DNA of 64,000 nucleotides from Pseudomonadales bacterium (lineage in GTDB: Bacteria; Pseudomonadota; Gammaproteobacteria; Pseudomonadales; JBECKS01), in contig JBECKS010000130.1 of assembly GCA_040235395.1 (NCBI GenBank), positions 3,011 through 67,010 on the forward strand, in the 5' to 3' direction. The first letter of the stretch is position 1; every line of letters begins with the position of its first letter. Under the pieces are notes generated by a model that saw only the letters and a program-made list of their open reading frames with translations, was not told the origin of the DNA and searched no databases. Below are positions 32,594 to 40,770 of this stretch, piece by piece. Position numbers and translations under genes: made by a program.

Positions 32594-34471
32594 ATGTTGT
32601 CTGGAACCAGTCAATTTGTTCGAGCTACGTTGTTAGCATTTGCTTCACTGCTAATGCTAGTAAATTCACCAGCTTATGCCCGCTTTGGTGATGGCCTTGA
32701 AGCTGAAGAAATGGAGGCATTGAAGAAGGCCTGGGATTTGGATCCTGGTGCAATCGTTAACAATAACAAGGTGCTGAAAAAACTTTCAGCAGACCAAATC
32801 TCTGAATTAATCGAATACAAAGATACTTCCCACTATAGCTTCTTACACGTTGTTGTGGTTAAAGGTGAAGAACTCGGTAATGGTGCCTTAGGAAAACAGA
32901 ATTACAAACTATCCATCATGACGCGCATTGGAAACCGACTGGAACCAATCCCTTTCCAGATAGATGAAGTGGATTTATCAGGTCTAGCCTATATTCCAGG
33001 TCTTAAAAAACGGGATTATGCAATTGACGGTACTGAAAAGGTTTTCGATAAACAGGACGAAATAGCTTTCATGTATCGCGATGCAGGCTTGGAAAAATAT
33101 CAGGCAGGCAAAACCTTGTTACCCAGAGGAAAGGTGCTAAAAGAAATTGTGCTTACCTTTCAAGACCGAAAGCCCAGATACGCTTACCTTGTCGAGGATA
33201 ACAACAAAAGAAACACTGCTAATTATGTCAACATGGACATCGCCACAGGGAATTTCGACTCCACTTATTACAACATGAGCTGGGATCCCAACAACTTTTC
33301 ACAGATTCGTAATGTTATTCCCAAAGTTGGACCGGAACAGGGTAAAAATGTGCTGGACAACATTTACTTTGAGGTAAGCACTGGAATATTTAACAAGAAC
33401 GTTCGTTTCGGATTGAACTCCAAAAAACATATTTTTGCTGAGATCATTGGCATCAAACAAGGCCCAATCAGGGTTAACGCCATGGTAAAAGGAAGAGTCA
33501 AGTATGTTGGCATACCCTCCATGCCTTATTACGTGAACATGGTTTTCAGTGAACAAAGTATAAGCTTCAGAAGCCGTACAACATTGGATGGTTATAAATA
33601 CGCAAAATACGCAGCTGCCATTTTAAAAGATCCTGGAATTTACGTGAGCATGGACTTCCATAATATTGACGGCGCTCACATTAATTTCCATTCCATAGCT
33701 GATTCCAATGAGTTGCCAACAGTGGATGGGAAAATGTCTGCAATTGAGCACCGTATTAACGAAGAGAGACTGCCTGGAAACTGGTTCTGGATCGACAGTG
33801 GTCACGGCTGGAACATCTATTTTTCTAATAACTGGCCCATCATAGAAGGAGGTCTCTTCGACGCTTTCTTGGCGGGCATGTCCTTCCACATGGTGTATGA
33901 AGACGATATTAGCAAAACTACAGAATATGAACGCTTCCCTGGTGGCGAACCGAGAATAGGTGTTGAAGGGCGAGGGATTCCGCAGGTAGCAATGGAATTG
34001 ATAAGCTCCATTAGCGGTATCCCCTTTAGCGATGTTCCTTCTATGGGCGGTCTTGTTGATTTTATGATTGAAGAGGGTGACAAAGGGGATCTTAATAAAT
34101 TAAACAAGATTGTTGCAGAAGTGCTCGTTGAACAGAGGGAAATGGGTAAAATCAAAAACAGCAAAGAGCTAGCTGATGCATTTTTGGCAGACTTCAATTT
34201 AGTAGGTGTTAGAAGTCCAAATAGGCCTAAGTTGAATCAGGCGTTTCGTACTACTATCGAGAAGCTGGATAGATTTGAGAATTTTAATGTAGGTCAGGCA
34301 GCAAAGGATTTCAAAGCAGCAAGTAAAGCAATTGGTCTTGATCTGGAACTGATTCATTATGCCCCCAGAGACAATGTGCTCTGGTTTCCGGACTCAATGG
34401 GCGATGGAGGCCCGGATGGTTTCAGGATAGAAGTTCAGGAGCCTCCTAAGTTTAAAATTAACAACATCTAG
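32594..34471 (+). CDS. large hypothetical secreted protein
   Basis: 625 aa. Signal peptide ...LLMLVNSPAYA. No recognisable domain or motif. Followed by a strong terminator. Confidence 0.55.
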   Translation: MLSGTSQFVRATLLAFASLLMLVNSPAYARFGDGLEAEEMEALKKAWDLDPGAIVNNNKVLKKLSADQISELIEYKDTSHYSFLHVVVVKGEELGNGALGKQNYKLSIMTRIGNRLEPIPFQIDEVDLSGLAYIPGLKKRDYAIDGTEKVFDKQDEIAFMYRDAGLEKYQAGKTLLPRGKVLKEIVLTFQDRKPRYAYLVEDNNKRNTANYVNMDIATGNFDSTYYNMSWDPNNFSQIRNVIPKVGPEQGKNVLDNIYFEVSTGIFNKNVRFGLNSKKHIFAEIIGIKQGPIRVNAMVKGRVKYVGIPSMPYYVNMVFSEQSISFRSRTTLDGYKYAKYAAAILKDPGIYVSMDFHNIDGAHINFHSIADSNELPTVDGKMSAIEHRINEERLPGNWFWIDSGHGWNIYFSNNWPIIEGGLFDAFLAGMSFHMVYEDDISKTTEYERFPGGEPRIGVEGRGIPQVAMELISSISGIPFSDVPSMGGLVDFMIEEGDKGDLNKLNKIVAEVLVEQREMGKIKNSKELADAFLADFNLVGVRSPNRPKLNQAFRTTIEKLDRFENFNVGQAAKDFKAASKAIGLDLELIHYAPRDNVLWFPDSMGDGGPDGFRIEVQEPPKFKINNI

Positions 34472-34489
34472 GGGGTGTTGTTGGAGCAA

Positions 34490-34528
34490 CCATAAAAAAA
34501 AGCCGCATTAAGCGGCTTTTTTTTATGG
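34490..34528. terminator. bidirectional rho-independent terminator (perfect 17-bp arms)
   Basis: CCATAAAAAAAAGCCGC-ATTAA-GCGGCTTTTTTTTATGG lies between convergent ORFs. Confidence 0.8.
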
Positions 34529-34556
34529 CTAGCGAAAAGTAGGCTTGAAAATAAAT

Positions 34557-35582
34557 CTACTTATCTCTTTTTCGTTTTAAAGGAACTGCTGTAAGCAGAA
34601 GTAATAGAATGGACAATGGAAAACGCCCTTCTGGACAGCTTCCCCCTGGTTTAATAGCGTTTATAGGGCTAACGTGATTTGCCGCCGTTTGGGTATAAAT
34701 TAAATCACCATTTACTAAATTGGTGGCTGGAACACCAAAACCTGTGCTGTTGATAGAAAGATTGGTAATTCCCTGGTCAGGCACCAAGGTCATATCAATA
34801 TACATGGAGTAATCTGTACTGCTGCCACCTAGTCTGGGTCTAAAATCCATCTGAATCTGAATAGCACCACCACCCAAGTCTGTTAAAAGAATACTATCCA
34901 CGTTCCAGTAAAGTGGTCTTGGCTGCCCACCAACAAGGGCCAAACCTGATCCATGTTGCCCACCATTGACAAAAGCATCCCTCAAATCTGAATTCTTGTT
35001 CTTGCACTCAATCACATTACCATTGTTGGTTGGCTCACCTAAATTTTCAGTTAAATCTTCAAGCAAAACCAAACCAGTTCGCTCAACACGCCCTCTACCG
35101 GTATCCTGACAACTATTTTGATCTACTGGATAGCCACTGACATAAAAACCCATGAAGTCCATCCATTCCACACGGCTTCTAGTTTCAAACTTCAACAGAA
35201 CATCATTTAAGCCCATCCAGTGTTCAAGATAGATGCCATAGAGTGACAAGGAGTCTTCATAGTTTCCGAAATAAAGAGTCAGCTCATCCCCAAACACAAT
35301 AGGGTTTAATTTAAGACAGCCTCCACCAATCGTTTCCTTTTCTCCAACGGTAGCTACAACAGGTTTGGTACCACCAAAATTAAACGTGTAATCAGCAAGG
35401 TCATAATCCCATGTATTATTACTAGCAATAGGAAGCAATCTGGATAAATCCAGATCAAGCACCTGATCATTTGCAGGAGTAATAAGGTCAACGCTAGTGG
35501 TGATATTTACCGCGTGTGCCATGCCTGTGGAGGCCACAAGAACCACGCCAAACATTGCTTTCAAATGCCTATACATCTTCAC
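34557..35582 (-). CDS. hypothetical secreted protein with a C-terminal motif/TM/basic-cluster tail
   Basis: 341 aa. Signal peptide ...VVLVASTGMAHA. The C-terminus is ...KPGGSCPEGRFPLSILLLLLTAVPLKRKRDK. Confidence 0.55.
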   Translation of the reverse strand: MKMYRHLKAMFGVVLVASTGMAHAVNITTSVDLITPANDQVLDLDLSRLLPIASNNTWDYDLADYTFNFGGTKPVVATVGEKETIGGGCLKLNPIVFGDELTLYFGNYEDSLSLYGIYLEHWMGLNDVLLKFETRSRVEWMDFMGFYVSGYPVDQNSCQDTGRGRVERTGLVLLEDLTENLGEPTNNGNVIECKNKNSDLRDAFVNGGQHGSGLALVGGQPRPLYWNVDSILLTDLGGGAIQIQMDFRPRLGGSSTDYSMYIDMTLVPDQGITNLSINSTGFGVPATNLVNGDLIYTQTAANHVSPINAIKPGGSCPEGRFPLSILLLLLTAVPLKRKRDK

Positions 35583-35931
35583 TATGGGTAACTCTCTTAC
35601 TGAACTTAATTATTATTCTTTTCAATGCGATATATACCTGTCGGGCACCAAGCCTACCCCTACAAGGTAATGTCTACAGCCTTCCAATACTACAACAATT
35701 AGCATCAGAATGTTAAACCAATTTATCAAAAGTCCCTCATTCGCACCTACTATATTGCTGTAATCAACACCACCTTAACAGCTGTCATCCACCATTTCAT
35801 TTGACTGACTAGAGAGCAAAAAACCCTAGCAGGGGAGGAAGGTAACGCTAAATATGATGAAACCGTCAATCCATTGCCCGGATGACCGCACAAAACGCCC
35901 TGAAAAGCCCTATAATTGGCAAGAAAGAGCC

Positions 35932-35950
35932 TCAGAAGAGCTGCTTCTGA
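35932..35950 (-). terminator. possible terminator hairpin after the 169-aa ORF
   Basis: TCAGAAG-agctg-CTTCTGA directly abuts the stop codon. On the minus strand it is followed by GCTCTTTCTT, which is only moderately T-rich. Confidence 0.35.
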
Positions 35951-36460
35951 CTACTCCGTCTCTTCAGGAATGAATATGGCTTTTGTGATATCGAAGTCAC
36001 ATTGGGCTGATTTAGCGCCACTCCTAACTTCCACGCCAAGAGACTTGCTATCAAATATGAATTTATATCCTCCATCCTTACTATCGACAGAGAGCGTAGA
36101 TTGCTCACCCTGAATCACCAAAGCCTGAAATAGTACATCCTTGAAGGAAGCGTATGGATGATCAACGTAAAACTCTGAATAGATTTTTTCCTTTTTAGCA
36201 CTAAAGACAGTAAATACAGTTTCAGGAGAAACAAACAAATCGACGAAACAATCACCCCTATCTCCCGACCGACCCAATTCAATTTTTCCGACACCATTAG
36301 GAAACTTCGAAGTCTGGGCTGCAAGCATGTTCTGAAGCGCACCATTTACTTCCCCATGCTTTCTATCCAATCTAATACGCTCTGCACTAACCATAGTAGA
36401 AACAACAAGCAGAATGGTAACCGCGAGAGAAAGAACTGATTTTTGAAATAGTCTAGTCAT
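35951..36460 (-). CDS. small hypothetical secreted protein
   Basis: 169 aa. Signal peptide ...LLVVSTMVSA. Two Cys in the mature part. Sits 11 nt downstream of the preceding gene. Confidence 0.5.
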   Translation of the reverse strand: MTRLFQKSVLSLAVTILLVVSTMVSAERIRLDRKHGEVNGALQNMLAAQTSKFPNGVGKIELGRSGDRGDCFVDLFVSPETVFTVFSAKKEKIYSEFYVDHPYASFKDVLFQALVIQGEQSTLSVDSKDGGYKFIFDSKSLGVEVRSGAKSAQCDFDITKAIFIPEETE

Positions 36461-36471
36461 ACTCTATTGCC

Positions 36472-37767
36472 TCAACGCAAATACTCTACCAAAATCTTTG
36501 GTAACTCTTCAGCCGCATCATTCAAAAGTAACTGGTGCGCATCTTTATCGTCATAATAAACACGCTGTTGGTTTGATTCTGTTGAAGTACTTTCAATCAA
36601 GAATTTTCCTGTAGATAATGCATGCTCCTGTTTACCGACTTTTACACGATCTTTTGCATCCACAGGAATCCCACTTTCTCTTTGCCAACGGTTATAAAAG
36701 CTCTTTACATTCCTTGTAATAACACGTTTTTTACCTTTGCTAAGACAATTCAGATATTGATCCATGGAAATCTTGGATTGGCAAACAGCATCAGTTTTAT
36801 AAACAGCCGTTAATCTTGAATCACCAAGCCCCATGGGGTCTATTGTTACAAGAAAATCAATATCCCTATTCTTCTTTTTTGCAACTTCAGTTGCTGCCAA
36901 AACAGCAGCACCTCCACCCAAGCCATAACCAATTAATATAACTTTCGAATCTTCCGGAATCTGATTTAATTCTTTATCCATCTGGCTAAGAAAATTGAGC
37001 ATTGAACCGTTAGTTGGAGAACTTTTTGCGGTCAAATCATTCCAGTTAGATTCAACATACTTCGCTTGATACGACTCAACCCATTTCTTTAACTTCAAAG
37101 CCTTCTCAACTTCACCAGTTTTATTACCTGAAATCACATAAATATATGCATGATACGTTTTACCAACATAAACAGGCTTGCTGCTCTTTTTTAACGCGAC
37201 CAGTTCATCGACTTTACTTTGTCTTTTTTTCAGTAACGCCTGAATCTGCTTGTCAGTACTTATCGTTTTTGTAGATGAAGATAATTTAGACTTCAAACTT
37301 GCAATTTTTTCATTGTTAGCTGCAATATCAGCTTCCATCTTCCTTTTTTCAGCTTGCAAATCATTTAATTCCGTTTGTGATGTTTTTTTATCAACATTTA
37401 ATGCGCTCTTCTTTGTTTCATAGGTTCCGCTATTCAGACCTTGGTCAATCGCACCCAAACCCTTATACCAGGTATCAAGCTCCTTTATGTTGCTTTCGAC
37501 GAAATCATAACGCTCTTGAGATCTGGCAATCTTTCTATCATGACGATCCAGACGTTTCTCGTTATTTTTTTGTTCTTTCTCTATATTATCTAACTCCACC
37601 TGAAGACTTGCATTTTTTCCTGCTAACTGTGCTTTTCTCGCCGAAATAGCACTATCAATTTCGTCAATTTCCTTTTGAACGCTAGCTACGTCTGCTTGCG
37701 ACACACTTGAAAAAAAATAAAACGAAACGAAAAAGAAAATCTTAAACAATTGAAGGTTTTTCTTCAT
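36472..37767 (-). CDS. secreted coiled-coil protein with a C-terminal alpha/beta-hydrolase (lipase-like) fold, Gly at the nucleophile position
   Basis: Start taken at ATG 37767 (MKKNLQLFKIFFFVSFYFFSSVSQA). About 170 aa are heptad-like and K/E/Q-rich. A nucleophile-elbow-like strand-turn then reads KVILIGYGLGGGAAVLAA, where GxSxG would be expected. Confidence 0.5.
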   Translation of the reverse strand: MKKNLQLFKIFFFVSFYFFSSVSQADVASVQKEIDEIDSAISARKAQLAGKNASLQVELDNIEKEQKNNEKRLDRHDRKIARSQERYDFVESNIKELDTWYKGLGAIDQGLNSGTYETKKSALNVDKKTSQTELNDLQAEKRKMEADIAANNEKIASLKSKLSSSTKTISTDKQIQALLKKRQSKVDELVALKKSSKPVYVGKTYHAYIYVISGNKTGEVEKALKLKKWVESYQAKYVESNWNDLTAKSSPTNGSMLNFLSQMDKELNQIPEDSKVILIGYGLGGGAAVLAATEVAKKKNRDIDFLVTIDPMGLGDSRLTAVYKTDAVCQSKISMDQYLNCLSKGKKRVITRNVKSFYNRWQRESGIPVDAKDRVKVGKQEHALSTGKFLIESTSTESNQQRVYYDDKDAHQLLLNDAAEELPKILVEYLR

Positions 37768-37911
37768 ACGCAGAACCTTGTTTATAAGTATTAAAATCAA
37801 AGACAAACATATTTTGAATCTAGCAAAGTTAATACAAAGCCCAAACCATTGAAAGACTAAGTCACTTTATTTCCAGACAGGTAGGAATGCCAACTTGAAA
37901 CAGCTACAGGC

Positions 37912-39771
37912 TTAGAACCGATGGGTGTAAGATGCTGAAAAAATTAACATATTAAAAGATTGCTCTGCCCTGTATTCAGCTCCCCTTAATGAAAGGATAG
38001 CCAACGGGTTATCATAAAGACTTTGTTGTGCTGGTTCTGGTTGTGTCATACCCACATGCATAGAAGATAGCGACATATCAACGGTCTTATCATGAGTTAA
38101 CTTATATTCCGCCCCTACTGATGTCAGCCTTAACGTATTAACAGGAAAGATTGCGCCCTCTTTAAGAAAAGGTCTATCCTCATAACCAAAGCGGAAAGCG
38201 AGACGTTTATTCCACTGTTGTTCAACACCAAAAGCCCAATATGATGTGTCAACACCGCCTGCAGGAATAGGTATCGTCGAACCAACGTTATTTGGGCTCA
38301 ATAATCCCAAAAACCCAATCGCATTTACTTCTGTGCTCGTTATGGTTGCATCCCAGGTTTTCCAGACTGAGTAGCCATACCTACGGTATTCGATATTAAC
38401 CTTGGTCTTATCCAACAACTGCAAACTTACACCTGTAGAAAAAGCAGTAGGCCAAGGCAGGAGCAAATCGATGGCTATCCTGTCTGATGAGCTACCATCC
38501 AACAGCAAATTAGTAAACAAGCCAACAACAGGGACGCTATTCAAGCCATTGATAATAGCTGTGATTCCCGGCTCATAATAAACCCTACCGTTTGTGTCAT
38601 ATATATCGTTCTCTTTGGTGCGATATGCCGCCCCCCAAGTCATCCATGGCATGGGCTTCCATTGCACGCCAAAATTCCAGCCATAAACTACTGGTGTTTG
38701 TCCTTCGACTATCACCTCACCTACTTTATCCCATGGAAGAAATGGCCAGTAGCCAGCATCTCTGGCCTTACCAGCATCTACGCGCTCCTGATGAATCTGA
38801 TATAACTGTACACAGTTAAACATCTGGTCATAAATAAACTGGCTACCCGAATCCCTCCTTGACTCGTTGGTTTTACATAAGTCATGTACCACAGCATTAA
38901 GGAAGCCAAGCAACTGGCTCTGGCCGTCGAGATAAAGACTAGTCTGAAGCCTTGATTTACTTACTCTCAGCGCAGCACCTACTGACAACTTGTCAGTTAC
39001 CTGAAACGCCATACCTGGACTAAAAGTAAGCCGCTGTATACCTAAATCGTCCATGAGCGCTAGATTGCCCTGAAAACTCAGTGTTGGAACAGGTGCTTGT
39101 GAAGAAACCTGTGCAGCAAAAGCCACTCGCGAATCCGCTGATGATTTGTATCCAATATTTGGAATTAAGATAGGAACTGCTCCAGGAATGGGAATCTGGG
39201 TATCAAGATTACTCTCTGGACTATCGAGGGGATCATTAGTAAAAATACCATTTGGATTGATTAATTCAGGACCAAAACAAACATCTCCAGGGATATCGTA
39301 ATTAAGACTGGGAACTGATGGATCCAAACCGCCTGAAACAGGGTCTCTCCCAGGATTTGATGCCATTGAACCAGGAGTAAACCCTAATGTCGCAAACGGC
39401 TTGTATGCCGAATCGCAGCGAACTGTATAGCCTCTATAGAATAGAGTGAACTCAGGGTATTTTGGTGTTAGCTGAGGAGAAACTCTTCTGACTACCTGAA
39501 GTAAGGGCGCACCAATCAAACGCCACTCTGAAGAAAAACCAGGCTTCAAATTAATCAATGCTGCAGGATTATAGTGAAGGGAGTCGACACCCACATAATC
39601 CGCAGTAACAGCGTTACCCAAAGCGAAAGCTTTTGGATTAAATGTAAGAATATTTTCAACAACGGCAGCATGCAGGCTATTAGAAGCCATCAACATAACA
39701 GCTAAAAACAGCCCCCTAAGGCTAGCGACCTTTTTTATTTGTTGCACAAAAGGGAGTGAGCAAAAGCCCAT
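37912..39771 (-). CDS. outer-membrane transport protein, FadL/OmpP1/TodX family, unusually long
   Basis: Signal peptide ...MLMASNSLHA. The mature N-terminus FNPKAFALGNAVTADYVGVDSLHYNPAAL matches the FadL hatch-region pattern (remembered E. coli ...[25 protein letters not shown]). Terminal strand ...FSASYTHRF. The start (39771 or 39798) is uncertain. Confidence 0.6.
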   Translation of the reverse strand: MGFCSLPFVQQIKKVASLRGLFLAVMLMASNSLHAAVVENILTFNPKAFALGNAVTADYVGVDSLHYNPAALINLKPGFSSEWRLIGAPLLQVVRRVSPQLTPKYPEFTLFYRGYTVRCDSAYKPFATLGFTPGSMASNPGRDPVSGGLDPSVPSLNYDIPGDVCFGPELINPNGIFTNDPLDSPESNLDTQIPIPGAVPILIPNIGYKSSADSRVAFAAQVSSQAPVPTLSFQGNLALMDDLGIQRLTFSPGMAFQVTDKLSVGAALRVSKSRLQTSLYLDGQSQLLGFLNAVVHDLCKTNESRRDSGSQFIYDQMFNCVQLYQIHQERVDAGKARDAGYWPFLPWDKVGEVIVEGQTPVVYGWNFGVQWKPMPWMTWGAAYRTKENDIYDTNGRVYYEPGITAIINGLNSVPVVGLFTNLLLDGSSSDRIAIDLLLPWPTAFSTGVSLQLLDKTKVNIEYRRYGYSVWKTWDATITSTEVNAIGFLGLLSPNNVGSTIPIPAGGVDTSYWAFGVEQQWNKRLAFRFGYEDRPFLKEGAIFPVNTLRLTSVGAEYKLTHDKTVDMSLSSMHVGMTQPEPAQQSLYDNPLAILSLRGAEYRAEQSFNMLIFSASYTHRF

Positions 39772-40221
39772 AGTTACCTCTGAAAACCCGCAAATCATTC
39801 TTATTTTTAGTTATTTTAAGTCCGTGAAGCTACGCCCGCTCTCCATTGTCCCCGAGCAACGAAATGATTCATGGAAACCTCTTATTCTATGCGAGAGCCC
39901 ACTCTCTATCAATTTTATTTTGGACCCAAACGCTCTGGTTATATGCTTTAAAAAGCCTGAAATCAGTGAGAATTAAGCTCCCAACCACAGTTCCATCTCT
40001 TGAGGGGGTAAGCTGACCGACTTTTTAGGACCTAAGTCCGTCAGTATATACCGAATTTAGTGTTGTGAATCAAGGTAAGCGCCAAATAAGTCTTTTAAAA
40101 GCATAAACTTAATGCCTATTCCTGATATCAAACCTTAATTCAGCAAGATTGACACCTTTTAAGCAAAGCTGTATGAAATATCTGTACAAGAAAACAACAA
40201 TAAATATAAAGAAGGAACACC

Positions 40222-40770
40222 ATGATTACTATTGATGCCCCTATCAGCTTTCTATTGGGCTCCGGCCTGGCATACGCTGCTTCTAAAAAAAGCAATACAA
40301 ACAAAAATGATGTTTTCCTTAAGGGGTTCATCCTTCAAAGCTGTGTTCTTTCTCCAGTCATCCTTTTTTTCATGATTAGATTTGCAGATTGGGAGTGGAA
40401 TTATCTTTTTAACGCTCATGACTTCTTTTTTGGGAGAGAAAACTTGGGAATAGGCGCAACAAGCATAGCCGTTTTAATTGCGTTGCTAAATGCCACCTAT
40501 ATTCTCGGGTTCAAACTGGCCGTTAAACTCATTGATCAGGGGAAAGAAAAGCAACTGCTTATGATGCTAGCGGGCACCCTAGGGCTAGTTGCTATCATCA
40601 TGCTTATCATGCTGAAGGAAACCTTACATATTGGTACCCTGCTTGAATTCCAGAATGAAGAAGCTGGTCTGATTTTTTTAAATATTGAGTTTCTGTTAGC
40701 GCAAACGGGAGCAGTAATTCTTCTCGGCTTAGGCTTTATGTATACGTTGAAGAGTACGCAAGAAAATTAA
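40222..40770 (+). CDS. hypothetical integral membrane protein
   Basis: 182 aa with 4-5 predicted hydrophobic helices. No family recognised. Its stop overlaps the gspD stop. Confidence 0.45.
   Translation: MITIDAPISFLLGSGLAYAASKKSNTNKNDVFLKGFILQSCVLSPVILFFMIRFADWEWNYLFNAHDFFFGRENLGIGATSIAVLIALLNATYILGFKLAVKLIDQGKEKQLLMMLAGTLGLVAIIMLIMLKETLHIGTLLEFQNEEAGLIFLNIEFLLAQTGAVILLGLGFMYTLKSTQEN

Noticed and set aside
33817-34197. 126-aa minus-strand ORF inside the 625-aa gene, plus 33299-33556 and 33623-33889
   Set aside because: They are antisense to a longer ORF that has a signal peptide, an RBS and a terminator. There is no independent support for them.
39864-40016. 50-codon plus-strand ORF (MIHGNLLFYARAHSLSILFW...) in the 423-nt spacer upstream of the FadL-like gene
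   Set aside because: There is no Shine-Dalgarno sequence upstream, no recognisable family, and no partner gene. I cannot distinguish it from chance.
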